A program made the translations under genes and the position numbers. From positions 1-64,000 of the forward strand of contig KZ538167.1 of assembly GCA_000934665.2 (NCBI GenBank): 64,000 nt of DNA, read 5' to 3'. The notes under the pieces were generated by a model. That model ran no database searches. It saw only the letters and a list, made by a program, of their open reading frames with translations, and was not told where the DNA came from. Below are positions 51,801-64,000 of this stretch, one piece after another (the stretch's first letter is position 1; every line of letters starts with the position of its first letter). Source of the DNA: Catajapyx aquilonaris. Its lineage: Eukaryota.

Positions 51801-54800
51801 AATTAATTATTACATCCCTTTCTGTACTTCAATTCAGTTAGACTTGACTCAATGGCTAACAATTGCACTGTATGTTGACTTATTAACGGTCCACTTTGCC
51901 CACATTATCACCGCCAGCAGTGTCATTACAACAGAAAAAACAAACAGCCTGAAAAATTCATTCCTTCATTAGAATATTGCTTCATCCATTCCAGCAGATG
52001 AAATAATTTGAATCCCTCTCCATAATTGAATCGATCCATTGCCAGAGAGTGCAGGAGTCATTGACTGCAACAAAGTCTCGCTAATGAGCCCACAACTCGG
52101 TACATTCAGAGTCCTCCCCCCCCCCCCTTTCCATTCACTAGCTTTTGGAGTCCGAAACAAACAGTGTCCTCCATGCCAAGTAAATTCTAAGCCACAAGTG
52201 CCCAATCATGCAGACGCCAAGTGGCAAGCTCCGAATGCTAATCACATTTACTAGGATAATCTTCAAACTAACGGTCATATACAATGTGCTGTTCCAACTC
52301 CTCTGTTGAAATTATATTTCAAACTCTGTACTGTAGACATGCTGGACTCTCTGTGGCGAACATGTGTCTGAATGAATAACGTCTGGTTCATTAGCAGCAA
52401 ACGACTCTCGAGGGATTGCGAATGGTCCCAAAGACTGTCCATCACTGGTTGGAAGGAATACAAAAAGAGGGAGAAAATTGCTTTAAAAAACATTGGATCG
52501 AAGAGTAGCTGGCCTGACTCCAACCGTCGCTTTAATTCTGTCTTGTTGCCATCCAACCAGTAGCAGCAGGGCTAAGCCTCCGTCTCTTCTAATTCCTTTC
52601 TAGGGAGAGGACACACGGGGTAGCACTGGGGGTCAACAAATCAACTACCGGGGAACAAATAAATGCGAGCTTACTTGGCTTGGAGGGGCAATGGCCTACG
52701 TCTCAAAGGCCCCCTCGGACTATTCCTGGATCCCATTTGCATTAATTTGTAAATTCGGATTGCAGTGCCTTAGATTTTAAAGAAAGCGTGCTGTGTACTT
52801 TAAAAATATGAGCCGCTTCATATAATATTACACTGGTTCGTAATTTGGTTAGAAATTAATAGTGTACCATAATATATAGTGCAATTTACATTATGATTAC
52901 ATCCAGTAAAGTTACGCTTATTGAGCTTTAATGAGCAGAACTTCGATCTGCTTTGTACTGAACGCGAGGGGCCACTATACCTGCACAATTAATTCGATCT
53001 TGTTCGCGTGTTTGTGTATGCATCCGGCCAATTAATTGGATTGTATAGAAACAAGAGTGTTGTGCAAATTTGTGCCTTTGCAGTACAGTGCCAGGCATAG
53101 GCATAATTTGAAAGGGCTTGATTACAAACTGCAGTTTAGTCAATCATCTAAAGTAAACTATGAAAGTATAGGATACCTAGAACAGTTTTCAAGCTCAGCA
53201 CGACGTAGATCAGATGCTGTAAAATTGTTAATGCAAGTGAAGTCTTACAGATCTTTGGGAAACTGCGTCTAGACGTCTCTTTCTCCTTGTTCCTTCCACG
53301 TGCTCTTAACATCCGATGAATCCGCATAATGGGCCAGGACTGCTATCGATTGCTTCAAGAGGTTTTCCCGGTAAACCAGCACGACGTCGCTATCCTGATA
53401 CGCACTCAGAACTAAAGAAAGTGTCTCCTCCAATCCCTCCCCTGCAGCAGCATGATGCATTACCCCAAACCACCTACCTACACACGACCCCTAGCCATTG
53501 TGCGACTTCCCCTCGAACAAGGCTCTTACATCCTAGCCCAGCCGACCCGGAACATTTTAGAAAGCCAAAATTGTGCCCCGGTGTAACGCCTCAATTCCCG
53601 TCCCGAGCATCTGAGCGACGGAGAGAGGACTCCTATGCTGCAAATGGCGTCAGGAAATCCATTGTCTGGCCACGCTGCACTAGGCCTAGCTCACTAGGCC
53701 TAGCTCCTTTCGCTCAGTTTGTGTCCAGGAATTCAAATTGTGTCAGGCCTTTTGGGGGGGGATCTGATGACATCCTTCGGTCCTTTAGGTGTGCTTCACA
53801 GGTCAGGTTGTTATAAACAGGACTGGCTTTACAAAGTTTTTCTTGCGCCGCACTATATGCGGGGAATCCGGTTGAGTCGGGTCATGTTCGGAATAATGGC
53901 CTGTGAACTGGAGAAAAGTATGGTTGTAAATGCGTCGTTACTCGCCTGCTCTTTTGTCACTCGTTGGCAATTTTGGAGCTGTAAATTGCCGTTTCGGTGT
54001 TGACGCTGCGTTGCTGACACGGTTCAAAGGTGGTGTAAGCGATGGGGGCTCCAATTGCAGTTTCATGCGACTTCTCTGCGCATATTTGCGAAATCGGTTG
54101 GGTCGGAATTTGTTGGGCTTACCGTTGCAATCAACGAGTCAAGTCCTGGTTGGGGGAAAGGCAAAAATTGCCTTTTTGGTTTTGTTAGCAAGGCTACTCA
54201 GACGGTAATTTTTCCGGTGGTTATGGCATTGTTATATCCTGGGGGAAATCAGTCGATGAGGAGTGTACATGCACCTGTGTTCTCTCTCATGCCTCGAGTG
54301 GATTCCACTCCAGTTTTGCGCCAAATTAGCGGAGTTATTTTCCCCTCGGGAATTTAGTGCTTATGACATCGTTATGACAAAAAAATTAACCGGCGTTCGG
54401 CTTTTACAACGCTGCATTTTTTATTTTTTATTTTGCAAAACTGGGAACTACCTGACTTACTTGTTAGAAGTTTCTCTGTCGGCTATTTATTTGTACCATG
54501 CTATGTATGTTTTTTGAACTGCTTTCAAAGCAAAGCGGTTTCTGTTCCCTCGACATCATTCAGAGTAATTCTCGAGAGCTGCATAATGAGCTTGTATATA
54601 CACTGAGTTTTTCCTGCGAAATTCCCATGCTTTGTGTGAAATCAAGCACATTATTAAATCTGCGACTGTTGGTAAAACGCCAGCCTTCAACTTTTTTTTG
54701 CCTTTTCCACCCCCCCCCCCTCCAAATATTGCACAGCTTAGAAATCAATATCCAACCGGCTTCAAACCTTCTGTTATTTCTGGTCTTTTCCTTGTCTCCT

Positions 54801-55532
54801 GGCGCTTGTGAATTATGGCAAATGGAAAACAATACTTGGGCTGTGGGGGGAAAAGGCAGTTCTCTAAAAACCCGAGCCAGCGCAATTACACTGAAAGGGT
54901 GAGTTGCAGGATTTTCCGTTAGCGATTATGTCGATTTTTACTGCCTCTCCCTTAAAACCTGTATCTAGAGACAGGGAGCTTTAAAGAAACGTCTCCATGG
55001 ACCCTTTTTTGGGGGTAGGGGAGGTGTTCTCCATTGAGCTGTGGTGGTATTAACAGAACGGAACTGTCTTTCCATATTCTAAGCCTTTATCTTAGCATCT
55101 TGAAGGATGAAGAGTGGAAAGGGAATTGTGGCAAAGCAGGATGCATGGGAAAACGTGACGGTTTATTTGACAGGCGAGGAGAATCTAAAATTTGAGCCTG
55201 TTTTCTCTTTCTTGTAGGTTCTAGGAAGAGCTGGCCGAGGTATGACGAGGCGACAGGTACTGTCACGGGCATGGAGGAGACGGTGGAAGGTCTTCGCGCT
55301 CTCAACGCACGAGACATGCACGTTCTGCACGCGCATCTTCCTGCGTTGCGCAGACGCGACGCCAAGACTGGGCCCCTGCGTCAGCATTACTACCCGGAAG
55401 GTGGATGGGGCTGGTTGGTCTGCGCATGCGCATTCCTGGCGCACGTGCTCACTACGGGGCTGCAGTTGGCGTTCGGAGCGCTCCACGTGGAAGCGGTCAG
55501 ACACTTCGGACCTTCATACGCCATGCACGCTG
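45630..55532 (+). CDS. SLC16/monocarboxylate transporter-like MFS protein, 5' part (exons 45630-45885 and 55218-55532; remainder beyond window)
   Basis: The second exon encodes RQHYYPEGGWGWLVCACAFLAHVLTTGLQLAFG, the [D/E]G[G/S]WGW TM1-entry signature of SLC16 followed by a hydrophobic helix. The phase-1 donor at 45886 joins the phase-1 acceptor at 55217 in frame. Confidence 0.8.
47125..47191. mobile_element. Short hairpin/MITE remnant of the same family
   Basis: CAGGGTGTCGCCAT...CCTTAT / ATAAGG...ATGGAACACCCTG: imperfect palindrome over 67 bp. Confidence 0.5.
53678..53705. repeat. Tandem 14-bp repeat CACTAGGCCTAGCT x2, each unit containing the palindrome CTAGGCCTAG
   Basis: Read directly. 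Confidence 0.85.
55218..55532 (+). CDS. SLC16-like exon containing the PEGGWGW motif and TM1
   Basis: Strong acceptor ttttctctttcttgtag ends at 55217; G|gttagt donor at 55533; MCT signature motif. Confidence 0.9.
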
Positions 55533-58500
55533 GTTAGTACACTCATACTTCGATCCGTTGGATTACTGATCCAATTTTTGGAGCTTACTCGCCTGGGTTT
55601 ATCTTGATTCATTCTGGCACTTGTTCATAACCGTCCTTGGCGCGCAGGATTACACCCGATGCCGCTCCAACTGGCCATATAATCCTCTCTTTTCAAACGG
55701 ACACGTTTTCTAAGCCATTTGAGGACCGATCTCATCGTTGTACCTGGTTGGACAGAGAATCTGAGGTTAGGGGATTTCCATTTGCGAATGTCACCTCGGT
55801 TGCTTTGATTTATCCGAGCCGTGAAGAAGATAAGGAAAGGAGCTTATCTCGTCCTTTTTTTTTTTTTGAGAAGCAGGGGCCAAAAGGGAAGGCAAAGTGT
55901 GCTTCCTGCACCCATTTTTTATTATTCTGAGGGCAATTTTATTACCGGGAAACCCGTCGCGAGCGAGACAACGCAAATAACTTCCCCGAAATCATACTGG
56001 CAAGGTAGAAAAGCAGGGTGTATTTTATGCGAAAAGTTTTCTGCGGGAGAACACTGGCAGCTAATTTTGCAAATAGGAGAGGCCTATTGTACTGCTGCAG
56101 GGCGAGATATTACGAGGTGCTCTTAAGTTTCTGCGGTTTTCTCTCGGGATTCGCAAGGAAATTCGAGGAAATCCATATAATATCACAGAGTTAAACTACT
56201 TGTAGCAGAATCTGAAAATATCAGTCTTGAATGCGTTACCTGTAAACGGGTTTTAGCACAATTTCTTTGTGCTGTTATATAGGGAACATGGTTTAAATTG
56301 CTCTAATCCGATTTGTAACTGTACGGATCATCTGCATTGAACAAAGCCCTGCGGTTAAAATATATCCTGGCAAATTCCCTCAAATTCCAAGTGCTCCTTC
56401 CAGAGCTTATGAAAAAGTAATGCACGGGAAACTCTTTGGTGTTTGCAACTTTAATTCGGCATTATCCTGATTAATCATACCCACCCAAGTGCCTCACTTG
56501 TTCAATGGGTAGCCTAACTACGAGGATACATACCAACAAATGGGTTTCCAGCTTTGGATGAAAATAATGGGCACGATTAATTTAATGTATCTGGACCACT
56601 AATCAGACCTTCCCATTGAGACTTCCTTTTCGGAAACCTCTATTCACCGATTCATCAGTCGACTTGCTCTAAACAAGTCAGCGGCTAACACAGCGATTGA
56701 TACCGGTATTGTCGTAGTGCATAGGTCCCCCCCCCCCCCCTGACGTGGCACATCCTGGCTTGCTTTTTGTGTGTGTATATATCTCCGGCCATACTTTCCT
56801 GCCCATTTGTTACCGCCAGACCCGTCAGATTACAACCCAGACCTTGAAAGCCCCACCGAGACGAAGATGAACGAGCCGAATAAACGATTCCTGACACCCA
56901 AGCCTCCGGAAATCGAGTGGCGATGAGATGACAACTCTGAAGTTTCAGGATGTTGTATAACGCCCCCCCGGAAAAATTCGGGAGTTATGTATATTTATGA
57001 ACATGTTTTTACTCCCAGTCTGATGTCAAAACCGCTCGGTTATGCTGGAAGAGAAGTGTTAAAATCTAGACAGAAAATGCTGTGGGTTTCTGGCGAAAAA
57101 GGAAAAGGCTGCTTCGTAACAAACCTAGGCGGTAATTTTCCCTCCTGAAATATGCAAATTTGCCTTTTCGAGTTGGGTGGGGTGGGATAAGGGAATGAAA
57201 TTGCAGATTTTGGTGGTCGCAGCGAGCATATTTCTAGAAATCCGCTTGGGGGAGGGGGGGTCAGACTAGCGATGAAAAAGCGGAGAAATGTAAATTATTT
57301 CTCAGAGGCTAATAAAGCAAACTGAATTTTTTTGTGTGTGGGTCAAGTGACGAGAATAATATTACGCTCATGAGGCAGAAAAGGCTATGAACATTGCTTG
57401 CAAAATATACCTTCAGGAAAGCAGCAAATGTACGTTTGAAGTAACTGGAGTTAATCTTGCTCTTTTCTTGGGGATGACAGTCAGTTCAGTAAGGTCGCAT
57501 ACAATTTTTTTTTCGCTTTTTCATGAGAAAAGAGATGTCGCGGCGAAGTCTGGTTGATGGAAATGCCGATACTATTGGCGACTGCTCGGAAGGGGAGTGA
57601 GCTTCACAAACTTGCTGACCTGAAACCCGATGTCACGTAATCCGCTGCTATGTTCGTTACAAGTCAAAAGTCATTTATTTATGTGCCAGAAGTTATTACA
57701 AATTAATGGCAAATTCGCTCCGGAAAGAAGAACCCTATATTATTTATTTAGTGCTCGAAAAAAATGGAGGATCTTCATGCAGACTCATGGGATGAAAAGA
57801 ATTTGCATTATTATTTTTTCGGCTTCTGTAAGCAACAATATGCTCCAAATATTGGAGGAAAATTTACGGTGTCATATTCAGTGCACAGTGTGAATTAATA
57901 TAACAACCGGTATAAAAAAAATCGACCTTACATCTTCATCCCAGTGTATAACTCATAGCCTGGAGTCTTCGCAGGGGTTCTATGCAGCTCTCCCATACAT
58001 CACGGAATGTTTCACATCAGCACTGCTGAATAGGCCTTTTTACGCGAATGTTTGTAGCTCTCGGATCCTCACAATGGGAGCTTCTCAGGGGGCATACATC
58101 ACAGCATGCCCAATATATATAAAAAAAATTTAAAACATTCTTCCACTCCTCCAAAATGACAAGCAACATTCTTGAATCGGATGTTTGGCTTAGATCTTCC
58201 TTTTGACATGCAAAACCGGTGACTGGCACATTCCCAAGAACATTCGGCCCAACTGGCAACGGAATTGGAACTCTATTTGTTCAGCGCCTGAAAATGAGAG
58301 CAGAGCAAATACACACGGAAACCGCATCTAGTTATTCCATATTCACAGGCGGCCAACTTTGTTTTCGCTTCTATTTTTTTTGTGTGTCGCCGTTTCAAAA
58401 AAAAAGAATCGTCCCACGAAACTGCTGGGAGGTCCTTTCGAAAAGAAGGAAAAAGATGTGGGAGAAAGGAGATTTGGGATGGGTCACTCCCCAAATCCAG

Positions 58501-61500
58501 TTTGGATTGACTTTACTGTGAGGAAGAAGAAAAAAAAATAGGCGGACGACTTCCAAGAAGTTAGGCCAAGACCTGTTGAGTATCTTGACTCTTTTCTTTT
58601 TTAAAAAAAAAATGACTGTTTTAAGTTGAAACTCTGGTTTTTGAGCTGTCAGTTTCGTGCTGGTTTAATAAAACTTGACTGGCATAATATTAAAATTTAA
58701 TTAATTTTTAATGCGGGAGCGGAATCAACAATGCTGCATTTGGTAACTGTATTAAACATCAGGTCAGAACTGGACAGAAGACAGTTTAATTTGGATCCCC
58801 CGCTACGTGTATTTTTGTGCCTATTTGCATACCAACGTAATTAACATGGATGCGGTGTGCAGTGTTTGGTGTGCTGCCTAAAATTTTTATGACGGACTAT
58901 GTTTTTTTTGTGGACACAATTTTGTATTCCAACGGATTATGAAACCGAAATAATTTTTTTTTCGTATTTAAGCATAGCCGTCCTTAGAGCCTTAAGCTTT
59001 CCAAACGCGTACTCCTAAGTAGTTCCCGCTGGATATTATCAGCTAGAAGAGCGCGTGGGCGCTTCCAGACCTGAATCCAGAACCTTTAAAAAAAAAGAAA
59101 GGAACAGTAAAAAAATATGTCAAACGCCTCCAGATAATCTCACACAAAAAAAGAGTCATGGTCCCCTAGCCCCCACATGCAGCACCATTCGTTCCGGGGA
59201 AAGGATAATGCGATTTTTCCTCCGAGATTAAAAAATATATAGAAGAGGAATGGGAAGGCTGCGAGAGGACCTGTGGATAAAAAAAGTTGCCAAATTGTGA
59301 AATGGTCTGGATTCAAAGTGAATGAGATATGCGCAATGCTGCACGGCTCGGGACAGGTGCTGCTATTAATGGGACTCTGATTGTCAGGGACGTGTGACGC
59401 TAAACTGCCGCCGGTGTGTGTGACAACCGCATTCCAAAATGTCATGGCAGGGTAGGATCAAGTACTGGACAAGCTGAATCAAAAACGTATAGCCTTTAAA
59501 AAAAAACTAGCATGGTCCAGATATGTGGAAGAGAAAAAGTTCTGATTCACCCTGTATGGAAACCTCTCGGTGTATTTTGTGAAAACTGTTTTGAACATTT
59601 GGGATGGCACGATATGTGACGTTTCGAGGGGTTGGTTCTGGATTAAGTTGTCCAGAGTTGACGGGGTTAACTCGCGTTAAAAATTGTCGCGCTTGTTTTT
59701 CAGGGTGCGTTATATGAGCTGCTGCAAACATAAATCAAAACGCGGATCTGCTAGGATATGATATCATCAGATGACCTGGGGAATAGGTGAGGGCAACAAA
59801 TCTCATTGTCGTCCCCGTATTGCCAGGAGAGACACTCTATTGTGAATGCAACAATGTGACGTGTGTATGAAGGTCCTGCATTCAAAAAAAAACACGGATT
59901 GGTTTGTGCAACATGCAGTGAAGCCCCCCCGGAGGGCTCATCAATACGTGATGCTACACGGCACACAAGCACGGCGTGTACATTATACCGGACAAAGTGC
60001 GTGATATATTGCCAGCAAAAATAAGTAAACCTCTTGTGATTAAAGTGCATGACAACAGGGGTTAAACAGACTGGACTGTGTCCAGAGATAGAAGGGTGTA
60101 CACATGACATATTGATCAACTCATAATGGCATGATTATTAATTACATTGTTACTATTCGGTAGTAATTTGGATGGCAATTAATTATTTTTTTAATAAAAT
60201 GCTATTAACGAGCAAAAGCTGTTTTAGAGGGAGCACGTACATGCGACAAGATTGTTGTCCATTTATTTGTTATTAATTTTTAAAACTGTGCATTGGCGAT
60301 CTCCTTATTGGGCAGGTCGCATGTTTTGTATGGATGATCTAACTTCCTTCTCTCCGTGCAATAACCTCTGCATGAAATGCCGACACATCGCCGCATAGCA
60401 GCAGCAGGCACAGAGAGGTTTTTTTTTTCTCTCTCTCTGACACGCGTCAATCTACGCCAAAACTGACGAACTGTTCGTTCCAAACCCATATTTCACGGCC
60501 CTTGACACAAAGCTGGCGTTTAGCGATGTGTGGGTTTTGCCCAAACGAAACAAACTGTGATTTAATGAAGCTCTGCAATAATTTAGAAATATTAACAATT
60601 TAAAAAAACAATAAACGTTTTGTCATTTTTGAAAGAAATTATATACCTGCCTCGTTTTGGTGGGGTGAATAAACACGACGTAATTTTATACTCAAGCTCC
60701 ATGTTGGATTTCAATGCAATTTAAACATTGAAGTCCAAAATATTCAGATATTTAACCTCAGTAAGCAATCAAGTATGTATCATGCATTAAAAATCAATTT
60801 ACATTACGATGTATTGTTATGAACACAACATCCGATCATGGATTGATACATATATCCGACCGTTTTGGTCTCATCGGGTTAAGGTACGAATATCTTACGA
60901 GAAACAAGTCGCACTGAACAGTACAAATAATTGGGCATGTTGCTGATTAAAATCATCGTTACACGACTATTATACACATTGCACGAGTGCAAGTCTCATT
61001 TCACTTTGTGTCTCGTTGCAGCAATTTTACGGATGTTTCAAATTATACAACGCGGCTGAAAATTTATCGATGAGCGTAAATCACGCTGATATGTGTAAGC
61101 CCGGGAATTACGGTGACAAACTCAACGATTACTGCTGCAATTAAGATAGAAAATACGGGATCAATAAGTCTTGCAACCCTCTATATAGTGCTAAAATTAC
61201 GACCTCTTCTATACTTCTAATTTTTTCCAATCGAAAGCAGCTAGTCATTTAATAATTACACAAATGAAAAATATGGTGTGATTTTTGTACTCCTGAAGTG
61301 AATTATTTTAATACTATTGTAGGTTACAAACTTATTAATGCATATGGGCATTATACGGTAGTCCAGGTGTTGCAGTATTAGTGTACAGTATAGTATACAG
61401 CCTCCGTTAGGCTGATGATGAATGTCCTGTAATCTAATTAGTGTGTAATCAGGGTTGAGAAGTATTAATTGACAAAGTTTGTGACAGGCGAAATAGTATA

Positions 61501-62210
61501 ATGATGGCTTCCTCTGCGTACTGTACAGTACTCATTATGTACTTATAAGTGTATGCAGTTGGTTCTCTCTTCTCATGGTGAATATTCAGCCTCTTGAATA
61601 GCTGCTGTACACAAGTGACTTTTTTTTGCAAGGGACATCCTACTAGATTGCTAATTACTAATAGTCCCTTTACCATTACAGAAATTATAATATATTTTTG
61701 TGCCAGCATATAGAACATGTTGAATCCATATAACGTCGAGTGATTGGGTTTTTGGATTTCATCCGGTTGATGCATGAATCTTTTCCATGCAAATTTTATA
61801 TCACATAATTATGACATAATTATATTCCCTTGCTGTAGAGCAAGAAAATAATAGTATTAATAAAAGCAATTCATCAACTAGCAATGACATATTTTGAGCC
61901 TTAATATAACATTACGAAAGTTGACTCATCAAACATGGCGAGTAAACATGAAAACAGTACCGCATGATGTGCATGACGAAGCCGCGGAGTGTTTGTAACA
62001 TTAATATTATGACAATAGTGCATCAACCATAAACTAATTCGTCGGTTAGTAATACCATGTGTCATACAGGTTTGTTTAAGGTCATACAGCATGAACGTGA
62101 TACCATACTGTAATTCACTCGTTCAATACATTGTCACACACCATTTAAAAAATAATTTTCAGCTATTTTTACCCATCACTGCTATACACTGTAACGATAG
62201 GAAAAAAGTG

Positions 62211-62211
<1 letters not shown>

Positions 62212-62272
<61 letters not shown>
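62212..62272. repeat. (TA)~30 microsatellite
   Basis: Read directly; explains the IY-repeat ORFs. Confidence 0.97.
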
Positions 62273-62274
<2 letters not shown>

Positions 62275-64000
62275 ACATTAGCAGTTACAGATATGTTAGT
62301 CACCTTCGGAGAGAAAAAAATATGGGGACACAGAATGGTCCGAGTCCCGGAACACGAAATGTCGCACCGGATATACGGGCTTTTCCTCTCTCCCCGGAGC
62401 ATCAGGCAGAACCTGCCATCAATTCTTATGCGGTCCGGGCGACTCACTTTTGACATCCGGAATTGATATCGTCGAGTGTCGGAAAAAAGGAATCCGGGAG
62501 TCGAAGCCCAGTCATTTTCTCAACCGGATTTTGTTGTCGGAAGAGACATCTCGGGTAGAAATTTTTGGGGTCCCCCCCCCCCCCCCCCCNCCCCCCCCCC
62601 CGGATAATCTGCCGAATATTTCTGAGCTGCCAGAAGGAAATTGCGATGTGGGATTCAGATAGTCCGCCGGCTTCAGAGATATTTTGCTTTCCGGAGAATT
62701 TCGGGACTGCACAATAGCCTATACTGATAATTCCGGTTTGATTGTAGCTAAGCTAGCTACTTCGTTACTGATTACACGGCAGAATTATTAGTAAATTTCC
62801 GCTACACCAAATACTAAGAGTATTTACCCGCAAAAAATATATTTCTCCATCCCAAGTTTGCAACACCTTCCGGGCGTTTGCTTTTGCTAAACTCTAGGTC
62901 CGTGAAATGTTTGTCCAAAACTGTGCAAGTTGACTTCTTTTTCCTATATGCTGCATATAATCCCATATGAGCTATGCAAAAGCAATCTGTTGGGTTGGTG
63001 GGGGTTTTCCTCACGGGAAAAGCAAACGCGAAATTGAGTTTGCAAAAGAAAAATATCTCGAAGGCTACCAGTTTATTTCCCTCGCGTCTCTCTCTAGGGC
63101 ATATCAGACCACTGTCATGACCAACACGACACCTGTACACTCCCATCTTGAGGTATTTGAATGTTCAACAAACTCCGGAATGATAGCTATGCAGGTAATT
63201 TAACTTTCCCGACCACACGAATTTGCTCTAGAGTTGCGCCAAGGCACTTTGCGGCCTCTAAAGTTTTTGGAGGAAACTTTTTGGGGGGGAAGAACTTAAC
63301 TCCGGGGGTGAATTAATCCTTTCCTGGACTCGTCCCAATCCCTTGTATTTCCGTGTTTACAACGGATCCTTGTGTAGACGTCACTCAGCTCGTACGTTTA
63401 CTGTGCAGTGCGACAATGAAAGTTACCGAAATATTCAGGCGTGGCTTACTCCAGGCTTGAATCGTCGAATCCCAATTAATCTTAAATGTTCGCATACATT
63501 CGAACTTGAATAATAATAATAATATTTAATCAACTCGCACCTAGATTATTAAAAATGAGGTCTAAACCCAAGATTAATTTGAGTGACTGGCAAGAGAACT
63601 GGATGGAATTTGTTTGATATAGTTAACTCTCCAGGGGCAGTCAAGAGGACCGGGCTAATTAAATTAACTCCAAGCAGTTGTCAAGTCGGAGTAAATCAGC
63701 TGGGATTTCACTTCAACCGGCTGTTTACCCCTCTGTTTATACCACCTAATGAGACTATAATGCTCTCTCTCTCCCTCTCTAGCTGCTGCTAAACGTGCAA
63801 AAATACTCCCTTGTCTAGGATGATTAGTACGCAATAATTATCTGAAGCAGAGCCACCTCCCCAATTAGGGTTCCCATTTTTGTTGGACCTAGGTCCAGCT
63901 GTATAGCCGCAGTTTTTTTTTTAAATTCTCTCTCGTAGTTTCATCGATCTCTAAAAGCAATTCACAGCTACAAAACGACACTTGGAGACTACTTTGCTGC

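Noticed and set aside
53269..53816. 166-aa ORF and antisense ORF in a GC-rich intronic patch as a TE or nested gene
   Set aside because: No RT, transposase or other recognisable motif.
55533..64000. Further SLC16 exons (TM2 onward)
   Set aside because: No segment with MFS-like hydrophobic translation and suitable splice sites was found; presumed to lie beyond the window.
1..64000. CRISPR arrays, operons, rRNA/tRNA genes, conserved animal miRNAs
   Set aside because: The DNA is intron-containing and eukaryotic. No regularly spaced repeats or recognisable structural RNA or mature miRNA sequence were seen by eye; an Infernal/Rfam scan would be decisive.

Overview
Eukaryotic (animal, probably arthropod-like) genomic DNA with spliceosomal GT-AG introns, homopolymer tracts, microsatellites and one 159-N assembly gap. 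Two protein-coding genes are supported, both on the + strand and both cut off by the window. (1) Cytochrome b5 reductase 4 (CYB5R4/NCB5OR; cytochrome b5 + CS + FAD/NAD(P)H reductase domains): nine exons from 525 to the TGA at 5217-5219, with the first exon upstream of the window. (2) The 5' part of an SLC16/monocarboxylate-transporter-like MFS gene: coding exons 45630-45885 and 55218-55532, with later exons apparently beyond 64000. Between them lie ~40 kb without a recognisable coding region. This stretch holds candidate 5'-UTR exons (~22951-23212 and 45014-45521), a family of short TA-flanked CAGGGTG...CACCCTG inverted-repeat (MITE-like) elements and several clustered regulatory-type motifs. 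The most interesting hypothesis is a splice-dependent ~103-codon ORF overlapping the first transporter exon out of frame. Nothing here amounts to a demonstrably new biological system, and most six-frame ORFs are spurious.
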